Source: Candidatus Anderseniibacteriota bacterium
GTDB lineage: Bacteria; Patescibacteriota; Andersenbacteria; UBA10190
NCBI GenBank assembly: GCA_040900375.1
Contig: JBBDZC010000008.1
Location: 66,182 to 130,181 of the forward strand
Length of the DNA stretch: 64,000 bases
Direction: 5' to 3'
Both the position numbers and the translations under genes were made by a program. The notes below the pieces were generated by a model. The model was not told where the DNA came from and did no database searches. It saw nothing but the letters and a program-made list of their open reading frames with translations. Positions 37,193-46,061 of this stretch are shown in pieces. Within the stretch, counting starts at the first letter, position 1. Every line of letters begins with the position of its first letter.

Positions 37193-37597
37193 ATGCTACA
37201 AAAATTAGCAATGATTCTTGGGGTAGTGCTCCTGGCTCTTGGTATCCTGGGGTATGTGCCCGGAATCACCACTGATGGCATGCTCTTAGGTATCTTTGCC
37301 GTTAACGGACCGCTTAACGTGATTTACTTGATCACTGGTGCCGCTGCCCTCTGGGGGAGCCGATCCAACCTCAAGAATGCGAAGATGTCTCTCCAGGTCT
37401 TGGGCGTAGTCTATGCACTGTTGGCAGTGCTGGGCATCTTCAACATTGAAGGACCGCTCTTAGGGATGCTGGCCCACAACATGGCAGACTTAGTACTCCA
37501 CGTGGTGCTGGCGGCGGTGGCCTTATATGCCGGCTTTGGCATGAAGGCAGCAATGTCGCCCGGGATGAGTTCGAGTCAGACGCCACCCATGGCATAA
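37193..37597 (+). CDS. DUF4383-like small membrane protein
   Basis: G.V.L.LGILG..PG, LGIF.VN..LN, G.VY..L, N.AD..LH; GAGGAGGTGA SD before ATG 37193. Confidence 0.75.
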   Translation: MLQKLAMILGVVLLALGILGYVPGITTDGMLLGIFAVNGPLNVIYLITGAAALWGSRSNLKNAKMSLQVLGVVYALLAVLGIFNIEGPLLGMLAHNMADLVLHVVLAAVALYAGFGMKAAMSPGMSSSQTPPMA

Positions 37598-37623
37598 ATT
37601 TCCGGAAATTGATGATGGATATA

Positions 37624-37653
37624 AGAGAGCCTCATGAAGTCATGAGGCTCTCT
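37624..37653. repeat. Perfect 14-bp inverted repeat (hairpin or operator)
   Basis: AGAGAGCCTCATGA-ag-TCATGAGGCTCTCT. Confidence 0.8.
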
Positions 37654-37735
37654 GCAGTGGTGGTGCGGATAACTCCCTTGCGTCGGTGAAGTACTCCTGT
37701 ACAGTAAACAATATGTTGAAAGGGGGTGACGACGC

Positions 37736-38362
37736 ATGTCGTTCAAGAATGTAGTGCAATTGTTGTTGCTCGGAACTGTGACGCTTAGCCTGGTTGCAGT
37801 TATCACCCCGAGCGCGGCGGCTTCGCATATTGATTGGGAACAACGTCGCGCACAGCGGGAAGCGGAGCGGGAGGCGCGGCGCCTGGCGCGCGAGAACCCG
37901 AGCCCGACGTGCCGGTGTTCAGCCAGCTTGGGCTTGGCGCGGCCGAGTCTGCAGTTTACTAGTGGCGGGGGCTTAACTTTGACGCCCCGGGTTGATGTCA
38001 GTATTCGCACACGCGGTGATCACGAGGCGCCACCGTGGGTGGCCGAGTTGGCATATAGCGGCACGACCGAGTATGAGTCGGATGATGTGAGTGTGCCGGC
38101 GGGAGTGGCATTTAGCGGGACACAGCAGGTAGCGGCCGGATCATGCGGTGATACGTATACTTTCCGCGGACTGGCGTTACCAGATGTCAGCCTCACTGGC
38201 TTGATCCGCTCCCTGGTGGGTGTAGATCAAGAACTTGAAGGAACGGTGCGGCTGCACGCGACGCTCAATAGCTGCGAGCTGGATGAGGAGCAGCGTCAGT
38301 TTAGCTTCCGGGTACAGGAGTTTGGGAATCTGAAGATAGGCGGGTGGCGGTCGGCGCGGTAA
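37736..38362 (+). CDS. Secreted hypothetical protein
   Basis: AAGGGGGTGA SD, Sec signal (…PSAAA), beta-rich body with 4 Cys. Confidence 0.7.
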   Translation: MSFKNVVQLLLLGTVTLSLVAVITPSAAASHIDWEQRRAQREAEREARRLARENPSPTCRCSASLGLARPSLQFTSGGGLTLTPRVDVSIRTRGDHEAPPWVAELAYSGTTEYESDDVSVPAGVAFSGTQQVAAGSCGDTYTFRGLALPDVSLTGLIRSLVGVDQELEGTVRLHATLNSCELDEEQRQFSFRVQEFGNLKIGGWRSAR

Positions 38363-38388
38363 CGTCGCACCAGCAGCAAACAAGGGAA

Positions 38389-38414
38389 GTTATCCACAGA
38401 AATCTGTGGATAAC
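38389..38414. promoter_or_regulatory. Inverted pair of perfect DnaA boxes forming a 12-bp inverted repeat
   Basis: GTTATCCACAGA-aa-TCTGTGGATAAC just upstream of a TTGCAG-16-TACGAA promoter candidate. Confidence 0.7.
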
Positions 38415-38632
38415 CATCCTTGCAGGGGGAAGAAGTTGTGGTACGAAGGATACAGGTCGAAAACGTGTTGATTTAGGGGGAGCCAACCTAAGAGGACACG
38501 ATTTCTAAGGAGGGGGACCATTTGATCTTATTGATTACCAAGATCGGTGGAAGAGAATCGTGTTTTTTGTTTATCCGCTTTCACACACAAAACTCGCATG
38601 CACCATGAAGCTATGAGAGGAGGTGAGTACAG

Positions 38633-39748
38633 ATGAAGAATACATTTCGCGCACTCTTTGGCGTATCTGCACTCGCACTCTTACTAGTTGCCGCTCCTGT
38701 GTTGGCAGCAGAAGTAGATGTGACTGCCGAGAACGTCATGACGGGAGCTGATTCTGACAACAACAACGACACTGATGTTGACAACGACTTAGATGTTAAT
38801 GTTGACAACGTTGGCAATGTGAGCAACTCTGCCAGCGCGGCCGTAACCACGGGCAACAATGAGCAGAACGAAAACACCGAAGGCGGTGACGTGGACTCTG
38901 GCGCGGTTGATGCCTCCACTGACTGGGAGAGCATCGTCAATGCCGGGGCGGCTTTGTTGGACAATGGGGATGGCCTAGAAGTGTCTGCTGATTTCAGCAA
39001 CGACACAACGGGCGCTGATTCCGACAACGATAATGATCTCGATGTAGATCATGATGTTGATCTGGACTTACGCAACATCGCTAATATTCTGAACTACTTA
39101 GCATTGTCTGCCAACACTGGCGACAACGAGCAGAACAAGAATACAATGGGCGGCGAGCTCACGACGGGTGATGTAACTGTTGATTCAATGATTGCCAATT
39201 TGGCAAACAATGGCGCCGGTTACGCTAGCCTTGGCACCACCCAGGTGGATGTCAGCGGCAGCAATCACCTCACGGGAGCTGATTCTAACAACAACAACGA
39301 TGTTGATGTTGACAACGACTATGATCTTGATGTTGACAATACTGCCAACCTCACGACAAGCGTTGTGATTAATGCCCATACGGGCGGCAACGAGCAGAAT
39401 CGCAACACTCAGGGCGGCTCTATGACTACGGGCAATGTGGAAGTTTCAACGAAAGTTGAAAACTCTGCTAACAACAATTCCAGCATTGGGATTGGTGGCT
39501 CAAGTCTCGCCGTCACGGTAGAGGCTTCCAATGACACAACCGGTGCTGATTCCGACAATGATAATGATGTAGACGTTGATAACAACGTTGACATCGATGT
39601 CGACAATACCGCTAATGTCTCGAATAATCTGACCGTAAGCGCCAACACTGGCGACAACGAGCAGAACAAGAACACCCAAGGCGGTGGTGTTGAGACTGGT
39701 TCAGTCTCCATCAACTTTGAGGCGTTCAACGAAGTCAACAGCAATTAA
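38633..39748 (+). CDS. Secreted Asn/Asp-rich protein made of 4 tandem ~88-aa TGADSxN repeats
   Basis: Signal peptide (…PVLA|A), four NxxTGADSxNxN...N.AN...ANTGxNEQN.NT.GG...TG units; GAGAGGAGGTGA SD. Confidence 0.85.
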   Translation: MKNTFRALFGVSALALLLVAAPVLAAEVDVTAENVMTGADSDNNNDTDVDNDLDVNVDNVGNVSNSASAAVTTGNNEQNENTEGGDVDSGAVDASTDWESIVNAGAALLDNGDGLEVSADFSNDTTGADSDNDNDLDVDHDVDLDLRNIANILNYLALSANTGDNEQNKNTMGGELTTGDVTVDSMIANLANNGAGYASLGTTQVDVSGSNHLTGADSNNNNDVDVDNDYDLDVDNTANLTTSVVINAHTGGNEQNRNTQGGSMTTGNVEVSTKVENSANNNSSIGIGGSSLAVTVEASNDTTGADSDNDNDVDVDNNVDIDVDNTANVSNNLTVSANTGDNEQNKNTQGGGVETGSVSINFEAFNEVNSN

Positions 39749-39829
39749 TTTGTCTGTTTGATTTTTGTGCAAGGGGGATAAGTTTTGGCTTATCCCTCTC
39801 CATGAGCATCATTTAACGTTAGGACTTTT

Positions 39830-42769
39830 ATGAACAATCGTTTGCGCCGCAGTCTGACAAGGATTAAGAAGAGCCTGGTACTCGGAGTAATAGTCTGGTT
39901 GAGCGTGGTAACCCCAGCGGTGACTTTTGCGCAAAGCGTGGATGCAACGGAGGAAACCGCCAGTGCGACTGAATGTACCGGGGCCGGTTGCGGCCAGGGC
40001 AGTGATCAGGGAGTGGATCAGGGAAGTGGCCAGGGTGGCCTGTCGGCCGAGGATCTCGGAGCTGATGAAACGGGTGAATTGCCGGAAGGGGTCATCGATA
40101 CCCGCCAGGGCGCCAGCCAGGGCTCGACTAATGGCGTCACGGCAGCCAACACGAACACTGGTACGAATTCGACAAACACAGCCGGCGTGACAGCGACTAA
40201 TAGTACCACGACTGGTATTGCGAACACGGCTCTGGATACCACGAATGCCGCCGCGACGGGAACAACTGGCGGCAACACGAGTAGTAACAACACGGGGGGC
40301 ACCGGGATTATCACGGGTTCAGCCGGGATTGGTGTTACCCAAGTTAAAAATGATAATACCGCCACGGTGAACGGCACCGCTGGTTTACAGGTAGAAGGCC
40401 ACAACGGCAATTACGTGGGTGATTTGAACTTAGGTTTTGGGGCGGGGACAGCTAATTTATCAGGCGGCAGTTCAATCCGCGCGGTCAATGAGGCGACGGG
40501 GGCGGGCTCAACTAATAACGTGGGCATTGCCACGCGGACAGAAGAGCTCAATGAGGTGCAAAACGATGGGCGGATTGATAATATCTTGGATTTAGCGGCG
40601 ATTACGGGACAAAATGTGGCGAATAAGAATACGGGGGATGCAGTGATCACCACGGGTGATGCAAATGTGGCAGCGACTCTTGTTAATTTGTTAAATACAA
40701 CGGTGATTAATGGCGACTTGTGGATTACGGTGGCAGACATTTTTGGCAACCTCGAAGGCAACATTAATCTGCCTGACTTCTCGAGCTGGGTCGCGGCGCA
40801 TCTCCTGGGGATTGAGGTGGCGAATGAAAACACTGGGACAAACTCAACCAATGCGATTGCGGTTGATGTGTCAGATCGCGCGACCACGACGATTGATAAT
40901 GACGCTGATATTACCACGACGGTAAATGCGGAGGCTGTTACTGGACAAAACGAAACGATGGCTAATACCGGCGGAGCCGAGGTTACCACGGGCGATGCCC
41001 AAGTTTCAGCGGGTGCTATTTCGATCGCCAATACCACCGTAGAAGGCGGCAACTGGGGTTTGGTGATTGTCAACGCGCTCAATCGCTGGCTCGGGTTTTT
41101 AGTGGGCGATAGCGGCGAAGTCCGCGCTTTATCGCAAGACGAGACGTTGCATGAGATTGCCGCGCGTAATACTAATACGGGGGCGGATTCTGATAACACG
41201 ATTGGGGTGGAGGTAGAACGAGAACGTACCACGACGGTTGCCAACGACGCGGTGATTAATAACGAGATCAACGCGCAGGCGATTACTGGCCAGAATGAGG
41301 CGAATAAGAATACGGGTGGGGCGCAGATTGCTACCGGGGATGCCAATGTGCAGGCCACGACGGTGAATATTGCTAATACGACCGTTAAGGACGGCTCACT
41401 CTTTATTGCCGTCGTTAACATTTTTGGCGACTGGCTTGGTGATCTCTTCTATGGCGGCAGCGCTCTGGGCACGACCGCGACTGGGCCCGCGAGTGTGGTG
41501 GTGGCCGAGGCGCGCAGTAGCGAGACGGGGGCGGACTCGGCTAATACCATTGATATCAACTACGATCGCCACCAGGAGACAACCATTGATAATGAAGCTG
41601 ATTTGGCCACGACCCTGAATGCCACGATTGATACAGGCAGCAACCGGGCCAGCCGTAACACCGGCGGGGCGCTGATTGATACGGGGGATGGGGCCCTGGC
41701 GCTGCATGCACGCTCGGCCGCCAACTTGACGGGTATCGCGGGCGCGGCGGGCGTGGGTATCGCGATCCAGGGTTTAAACGAGACGACGGGCGCTAATTCC
41801 CAGAATCGGATCCGGGCGCACATTAATGATGAGCATATTATGACAATTAATAACGACGCTAATGTGAGTACTGTCATTGGTGATCGTCAGGTGCCGGCGA
41901 TGGTTAATACGGGCAATAATGTCGCGAACCAGAATACTCTCGGGGCGATGATTATGACCGGTGATATTGCGGCCGAGGTGGCGATCCATAACCTGGTCAA
42001 TCAAGTCTTGGTTGCTTTAACCGGGCAGGGCATTGTTGTTGACGCCGATTTTGCCAATCGTCTTACGGGGGCGTTGTCGACGAATAGTAATGAGCTGACG
42101 GTTGAACAACAGGCACTGCTGGCAGTGCTCAATCGCGGCCTCGTTGATAATATTATTAACTTGCTCCTGAATACCGGTGGCAATACGGCGAATGAAAACA
42201 CCGGCGGCGGGGCAATTTCAACAGGTGACATTTGTGTTGAGGGTGTGGTGAAAAATGTGGTTAATGACGTGAGCGCCACGGGCGTGGGCGGAGCCTCGCT
42301 TGATCTTGATCAGGAGGCTCATCTGCACACCGCTGCCCAGCTCGGTGCGACCACCGGAAACAACGAGGCTCATCGCAATACGGGCAAGCAGCAGGTGACT
42401 GATGCGGAAGGTATCTGTCCCAAGCTCGCTGTGGTAGTCACCCCGTCACCATCGCCATCACCAACTCCCGCCCCGGAAGAAGGTCAAGGCGGCGGTGAGG
42501 AAGCGGGCGCAGAGGCACATGACGAGGAAGAAGCCCCGGCAGCCGCGGGTGGGGCCGCGGAAGCAGAACCAAGAGTTGCCGCAGCGGTAGAGATGCCACC
42601 CGTAGCCGAGCGGATCTTGCGTCGTTTCCCGGTGGCGGGCGGAGAACAAGCCGCCATGATTTTGCAAGGCAAAAAGCGTCTACCGTGGCCTTTCTTTGTG
42701 GCCATGAGCCTGCTGTTAGTGGGTACAGCGTGGCGCTTTGATATTCGTGCCCGTGCGGCACAGCGGTAG
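39830..42769 (+). CDS. Large secreted protein with 7+ copies of the same repeat and a C-terminal membrane/wall anchor
   Basis: Signal peptide; 7 full plus 1 partial N..TG..S.N / TG.N....NTG...TGDA units; PSPSPTP linker; FPVAG, hydrophobic helix, basic tail. Confidence 0.85.
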   Translation: MNNRLRRSLTRIKKSLVLGVIVWLSVVTPAVTFAQSVDATEETASATECTGAGCGQGSDQGVDQGSGQGGLSAEDLGADETGELPEGVIDTRQGASQGSTNGVTAANTNTGTNSTNTAGVTATNSTTTGIANTALDTTNAAATGTTGGNTSSNNTGGTGIITGSAGIGVTQVKNDNTATVNGTAGLQVEGHNGNYVGDLNLGFGAGTANLSGGSSIRAVNEATGAGSTNNVGIATRTEELNEVQNDGRIDNILDLAAITGQNVANKNTGDAVITTGDANVAATLVNLLNTTVINGDLWITVADIFGNLEGNINLPDFSSWVAAHLLGIEVANENTGTNSTNAIAVDVSDRATTTIDNDADITTTVNAEAVTGQNETMANTGGAEVTTGDAQVSAGAISIANTTVEGGNWGLVIVNALNRWLGFLVGDSGEVRALSQDETLHEIAARNTNTGADSDNTIGVEVERERTTTVANDAVINNEINAQAITGQNEANKNTGGAQIATGDANVQATTVNIANTTVKDGSLFIAVVNIFGDWLGDLFYGGSALGTTATGPASVVVAEARSSETGADSANTIDINYDRHQETTIDNEADLATTLNATIDTGSNRASRNTGGALIDTGDGALALHARSAANLTGIAGAAGVGIAIQGLNETTGANSQNRIRAHINDEHIMTINNDANVSTVIGDRQVPAMVNTGNNVANQNTLGAMIMTGDIAAEVAIHNLVNQVLVALTGQGIVVDADFANRLTGALSTNSNELTVEQQALLAVLNRGLVDNIINLLLNTGGNTANENTGGGAISTGDICVEGVVKNVVNDVSATGVGGASLDLDQEAHLHTAAQLGATTGNNEAHRNTGKQQVTDAEGICPKLAVVVTPSPSPSPTPAPEEGQGGGEEAGAEAHDEEEAPAAAGGAAEAEPRVAAAVEMPPVAERILRRFPVAGGEQAAMILQGKKRLPWPFFVAMSLLLVGTAWRFDIRARAAQR

Positions 42770-42904
42770 CCACTACTTACGAGCTCTCTTGTCAGAGGGC
42801 GGGATAGTTTTTCTTCTTCTCTAATATTTTAGGGTCTGTCTTGATGGTACTTAGCGGCATGACCCTCGCATTTCTATGAATAGTGTGCTATAAAATCTTG
42901 TTCT

Positions 42905-43810
42905 ATGCCGACTGCTCTACCGAAAAAATACCTTGCCCTTGGGGCCGTGCTACTGGTGGCGGTGGCGGGACTCGTCATTGCCAGTTTTATGGTGGCCCAG
43001 CGGTTCAATAAGCAAGCCCTGGCGCAAGAAGCCTGGCTGAAATTGACGGCAGCGCCGAGCTACCATGCCCGCGCGGAATTACTACTCAATCTTCCGGTGC
43101 GCCTGCAAGGGCGCGAGCGCCCACTCAACCAGATTACACTCCGTACCGAAGGCGATGTTGTCCGCGATACCACCGGTGTACCAGAATTCACGGGCACGCT
43201 CTTTACCGAGGCTCGCGGACGAGGGACCGTGTTGTTTGCTGATGGGCAGCTTCGGCTACTGGCCGAGGCTGTTGCCTTTCGTTTGGAGAATTTGCCGGTG
43301 CTGGTTAACCCTACGGGGAGCTTAGTTGAGAAGTGGACTTATGTAGATAGCCGGTTGCTGACAACACGTAACGGCCCCGAGATTCGCCAAGTTTTGAGCG
43401 ACGTTTTTAGCCAGCTGGCGTATCAGGGTAAAGAGCAGGATAATGGCGGGGCGATCTGGCGCTACGCGGGGAGCTTAAGAGCGGAAGATGAAGCCCGGCT
43501 GATCGCTACCTTGCAGCACCAAGTTTCGGGCAATCATGGCTACCATATTATTGCTCGTCTCTTACAAGCCTACGATGTGCAATCGCTGGTGGTTGATGTG
43601 GCGACCGAGACACAGGAGGTGCGGACAATAACGGTGACGTTTGTGATGCCAGAAAGTGCCTCATCGGCGAGTGCGCTCGCGGTCTTGAATTTAGCTTTTA
43701 GTGATTACGGGAAAGCAGTCGTGATTGATCGCCCCGTCAAGCAGTTGACGGTCCGTCCGGAAATTTTTTCTCGCATTGTGGGTACGGGCGAAATTTTGCC
43801 TCAACCATAA
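42905..43810 (+). CDS. Membrane-anchored hypothetical protein (possible LppX/LolA-like fold)
   Basis: Single N-terminal TM; C-terminal L.FSDYGK.V.I..P typical of LppX/DUF6612-like proteins. Confidence 0.55.
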   Translation: MPTALPKKYLALGAVLLVAVAGLVIASFMVAQRFNKQALAQEAWLKLTAAPSYHARAELLLNLPVRLQGRERPLNQITLRTEGDVVRDTTGVPEFTGTLFTEARGRGTVLFADGQLRLLAEAVAFRLENLPVLVNPTGSLVEKWTYVDSRLLTTRNGPEIRQVLSDVFSQLAYQGKEQDNGGAIWRYAGSLRAEDEARLIATLQHQVSGNHGYHIIARLLQAYDVQSLVVDVATETQEVRTITVTFVMPESASSASALAVLNLAFSDYGKAVVIDRPVKQLTVRPEIFSRIVGTGEILPQP

Positions 43811-43939
43811 GACGCCTCAAGCTTACGGTGGGCATTGCCTAACAATGCACTCCCGGTCGCTTCCCGCGGACTGCCTCAAGCAGTGGCGGAGAAAACTATA
43901 TATTGAATTTTCACTACCGGGTATACTAAATGCTACTGT

Positions 43940-44425
43940 ATGCCCTTCGCGACTCTGCAGCACCAGTCTGCCGAACAACAGACTCTCATCTTCTCTAATC
44001 CTGAAGAGGCTTTGGCGTTTACCCACGAGCTTCGAAAACGCATCCACCGAGCGCCACGAGGGAGCACACATAGCCTGCGCGATATCGTGGCCCAAGCGGT
44101 AGCCGAGCAATTTGCACAATGGGGCGAGGCGGTCGACAGGGTGCGGGAACCCTGGCAGCACAATCGGGCCGAGCACCAAGAAGCGCAGCGTTTAGTTGAG
44201 GTGGCTTTTGCGCATGACCTACCGACAGCCCTGCGGCGCGCGCGGCAGAGTTCTCATTACCCGCGGAATCTTGATTTATTCCACGATGCCCTCACGGCTG
44301 AACTCTACCGTATCCTCCAGCCGCATCACCCCAACCGCCAGCCACTCGGCAGCTGGAGGCTGACAGCAAGTATGTGCATGGCGGCCGCTACCTTGTTGAT
44401 AGTTTTGTTGTTCATTGCCGCCTAG
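43940..44425 (+). CDS. Hypothetical protein with C-terminal TM
   Basis: 161-aa ORF, TATACT upstream, abuts the VirD4-like gene; LDLFHDAL...LY. Confidence 0.6.
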   Translation: MPFATLQHQSAEQQTLIFSNPEEALAFTHELRKRIHRAPRGSTHSLRDIVAQAVAEQFAQWGEAVDRVREPWQHNRAEHQEAQRLVEVAFAHDLPTALRRARQSSHYPRNLDLFHDALTAELYRILQPHHPNRQPLGSWRLTASMCMAAATLLIVLLFIAA

Positions 44426-44426
44426 T

Positions 44427-45980
44427 ATGTCGCCAGCCTTATTTTCTGCCTTGATCTTTCTGGGGGCCGGCGCGGTGGGGGTCATGCTGTGGCTGGTGGC
44501 GCGCAGCCTGCGCGAGTACCTACGGATGCGCCTCCCGCTTGATCAACAGAGGCTGCCGTCGCGAGATACCAGTCAGGAGCCTTCGACCAAAGCTATCAAG
44601 GGATCGATGGCGCCGCCTGGCTTGCCGACCGAGGGGGTTGGACTTGGTCACAATGTATACGGCGGAAAAGAGACTCCGATTTATTTGACGGAAGCTGATC
44701 GTCGGCGGCATTTGTATCTTATCGGCCAACCCGGCACGGGGAAGAATAATCTATTCTTCAACATGATTTTACAAGATATGCGCGCCGGCCGCGGCGTCGG
44801 CGTAGTTGATCCGCGGGGAGAACTGATTGAAGATCTCTTGCTCCATGTACCGCCGGCGCGGCGCCAGGATGTGATCCTTTTTGATCCCCAAGATACCCAG
44901 CGTCCGCTCGGGTTTAATGTGCTGACGGTGCGCGACGAGGCCGAAAAAGAGATAGTGATTAATGAAGTGGTCAAGATTTTGCATCAGCTCGCCATGAGGC
45001 TTAGTCCGGAGTCGAAGGGATCAGCCTTCACGCGTTACCTGGATCACGCGCTGTTGGCGGTGATGGAAGATCGGCAAGCGACTTTGCTTGATGTACCTCG
45101 TCTATTTATTGACAGGGATTTTCGGGCAGCGATTGTTGCCCACAGCCATAATCCGGTCCGGCGACAGTTTTGGGAGCAAGAGTTTGAGCGGGCACACCCG
45201 GGGCAATTAGTGGTTGACCGGCTACGCTATGTGATGAGCAAGCTGGGCCGGTTTATGAACAACAGCGTGATGCGCAACATTATCGGCCAGGAGAACTCGC
45301 CGTTTGATCTTCAGGAAATTATGGATCAGCAAAAGATTCTCTTAGTTAATCTCGCCCCGCGCAGTTTAGGTAATATTAATTCTGATTTATTAGGCGCTGT
45401 CTTAGTCGCCAAAATGCAAATGGCGGCAGGCAAGCGGGCTAGTTTGCCCGAGTCGGCTGGTGCTACCTTCTATCTCTACCTTGATGAGTGGCAAAATTTT
45501 ACTACTGACAGCATGACAGCAGTCTTATCAGGGGCTGGTCAGTATCCTTTAAGTCTTAATTTAACGCATCAGTTTACCCAGCCGCTCGACGCACCGGTGC
45601 AAAAAGCGATTTTTGACAACGTGGGGACAATTGTTAGTTACCAGGTTGGTGAACAAGATGCGACCGCGCTGGCGCCGCTATTTGCCCCAATCTTTTCCGA
45701 GTATGACCTGTTAAATTTAGAGCGCTTTACGGCCTATGTTCGCCTGCTGGTGAAGGGAGTGCCGCAGCCACCGTTTAGTTTGCGCCCGCCACTGCCACCA
45801 GCTTATGGGGATGCCGCGGGCCGCGATGCGATTCGGATGCATTCGCGTACTATCTACGGGCGGCTGCACTCGCAGGTAGAAGAAGAAATCTTGCAGCGAT
45901 TGCAGCTCGGGGCAACCCGACTGCACCACACTTCATTACCAGAGCCGCAGGCAGCAGCGTCATCCGTGCAGGTGCGCTAA
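44427..45980 (+). CDS. TraG/VirD4/HerA-like coupling ATPase (degenerate)
   Basis: DRRRHLY.IG.PGTGK, VVDPRGEL, LYLDEWQNF, HQ, NVGT...Y.VG..DA. Confidence 0.8.
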   Translation: MSPALFSALIFLGAGAVGVMLWLVARSLREYLRMRLPLDQQRLPSRDTSQEPSTKAIKGSMAPPGLPTEGVGLGHNVYGGKETPIYLTEADRRRHLYLIGQPGTGKNNLFFNMILQDMRAGRGVGVVDPRGELIEDLLLHVPPARRQDVILFDPQDTQRPLGFNVLTVRDEAEKEIVINEVVKILHQLAMRLSPESKGSAFTRYLDHALLAVMEDRQATLLDVPRLFIDRDFRAAIVAHSHNPVRRQFWEQEFERAHPGQLVVDRLRYVMSKLGRFMNNSVMRNIIGQENSPFDLQEIMDQQKILLVNLAPRSLGNINSDLLGAVLVAKMQMAAGKRASLPESAGATFYLYLDEWQNFTTDSMTAVLSGAGQYPLSLNLTHQFTQPLDAPVQKAIFDNVGTIVSYQVGEQDATALAPLFAPIFSEYDLLNLERFTAYVRLLVKGVPQPPFSLRPPLPPAYGDAAGRDAIRMHSRTIYGRLHSQVEEEILQRLQLGATRLHHTSLPEPQAAASSVQVR

Positions 45981-46061
45981 AGGCCGCCGCCGGAGCGTCT
46001 AGTAATTTTATTCCCGTACCTGGTATACTCTGGAATACGTATTTAGAATCACTGATTATCT

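Noticed and set aside
38633-39748. Recurrent DNA words (e.g. GCCAACACTGGCGACAACGAGCAGAACAAGAA twice; GCTGATTCCGACAA) looked CRISPR-like
   Set aside because: They are in-frame coding repeats with ~265-bp periodicity and synonymous variation; there are no unique spacers or cas genes
40411-41421. 336-aa minus-strand ORF
   Set aside because: Antisense shadow of the repeat protein, explained by codon bias of the real gene
44427-45980. Possible integrative conjugative element around the VirD4-like gene
   Set aside because: No integrase, relaxase, VirB4 or att repeats; flanked by ordinary chromosomal genes
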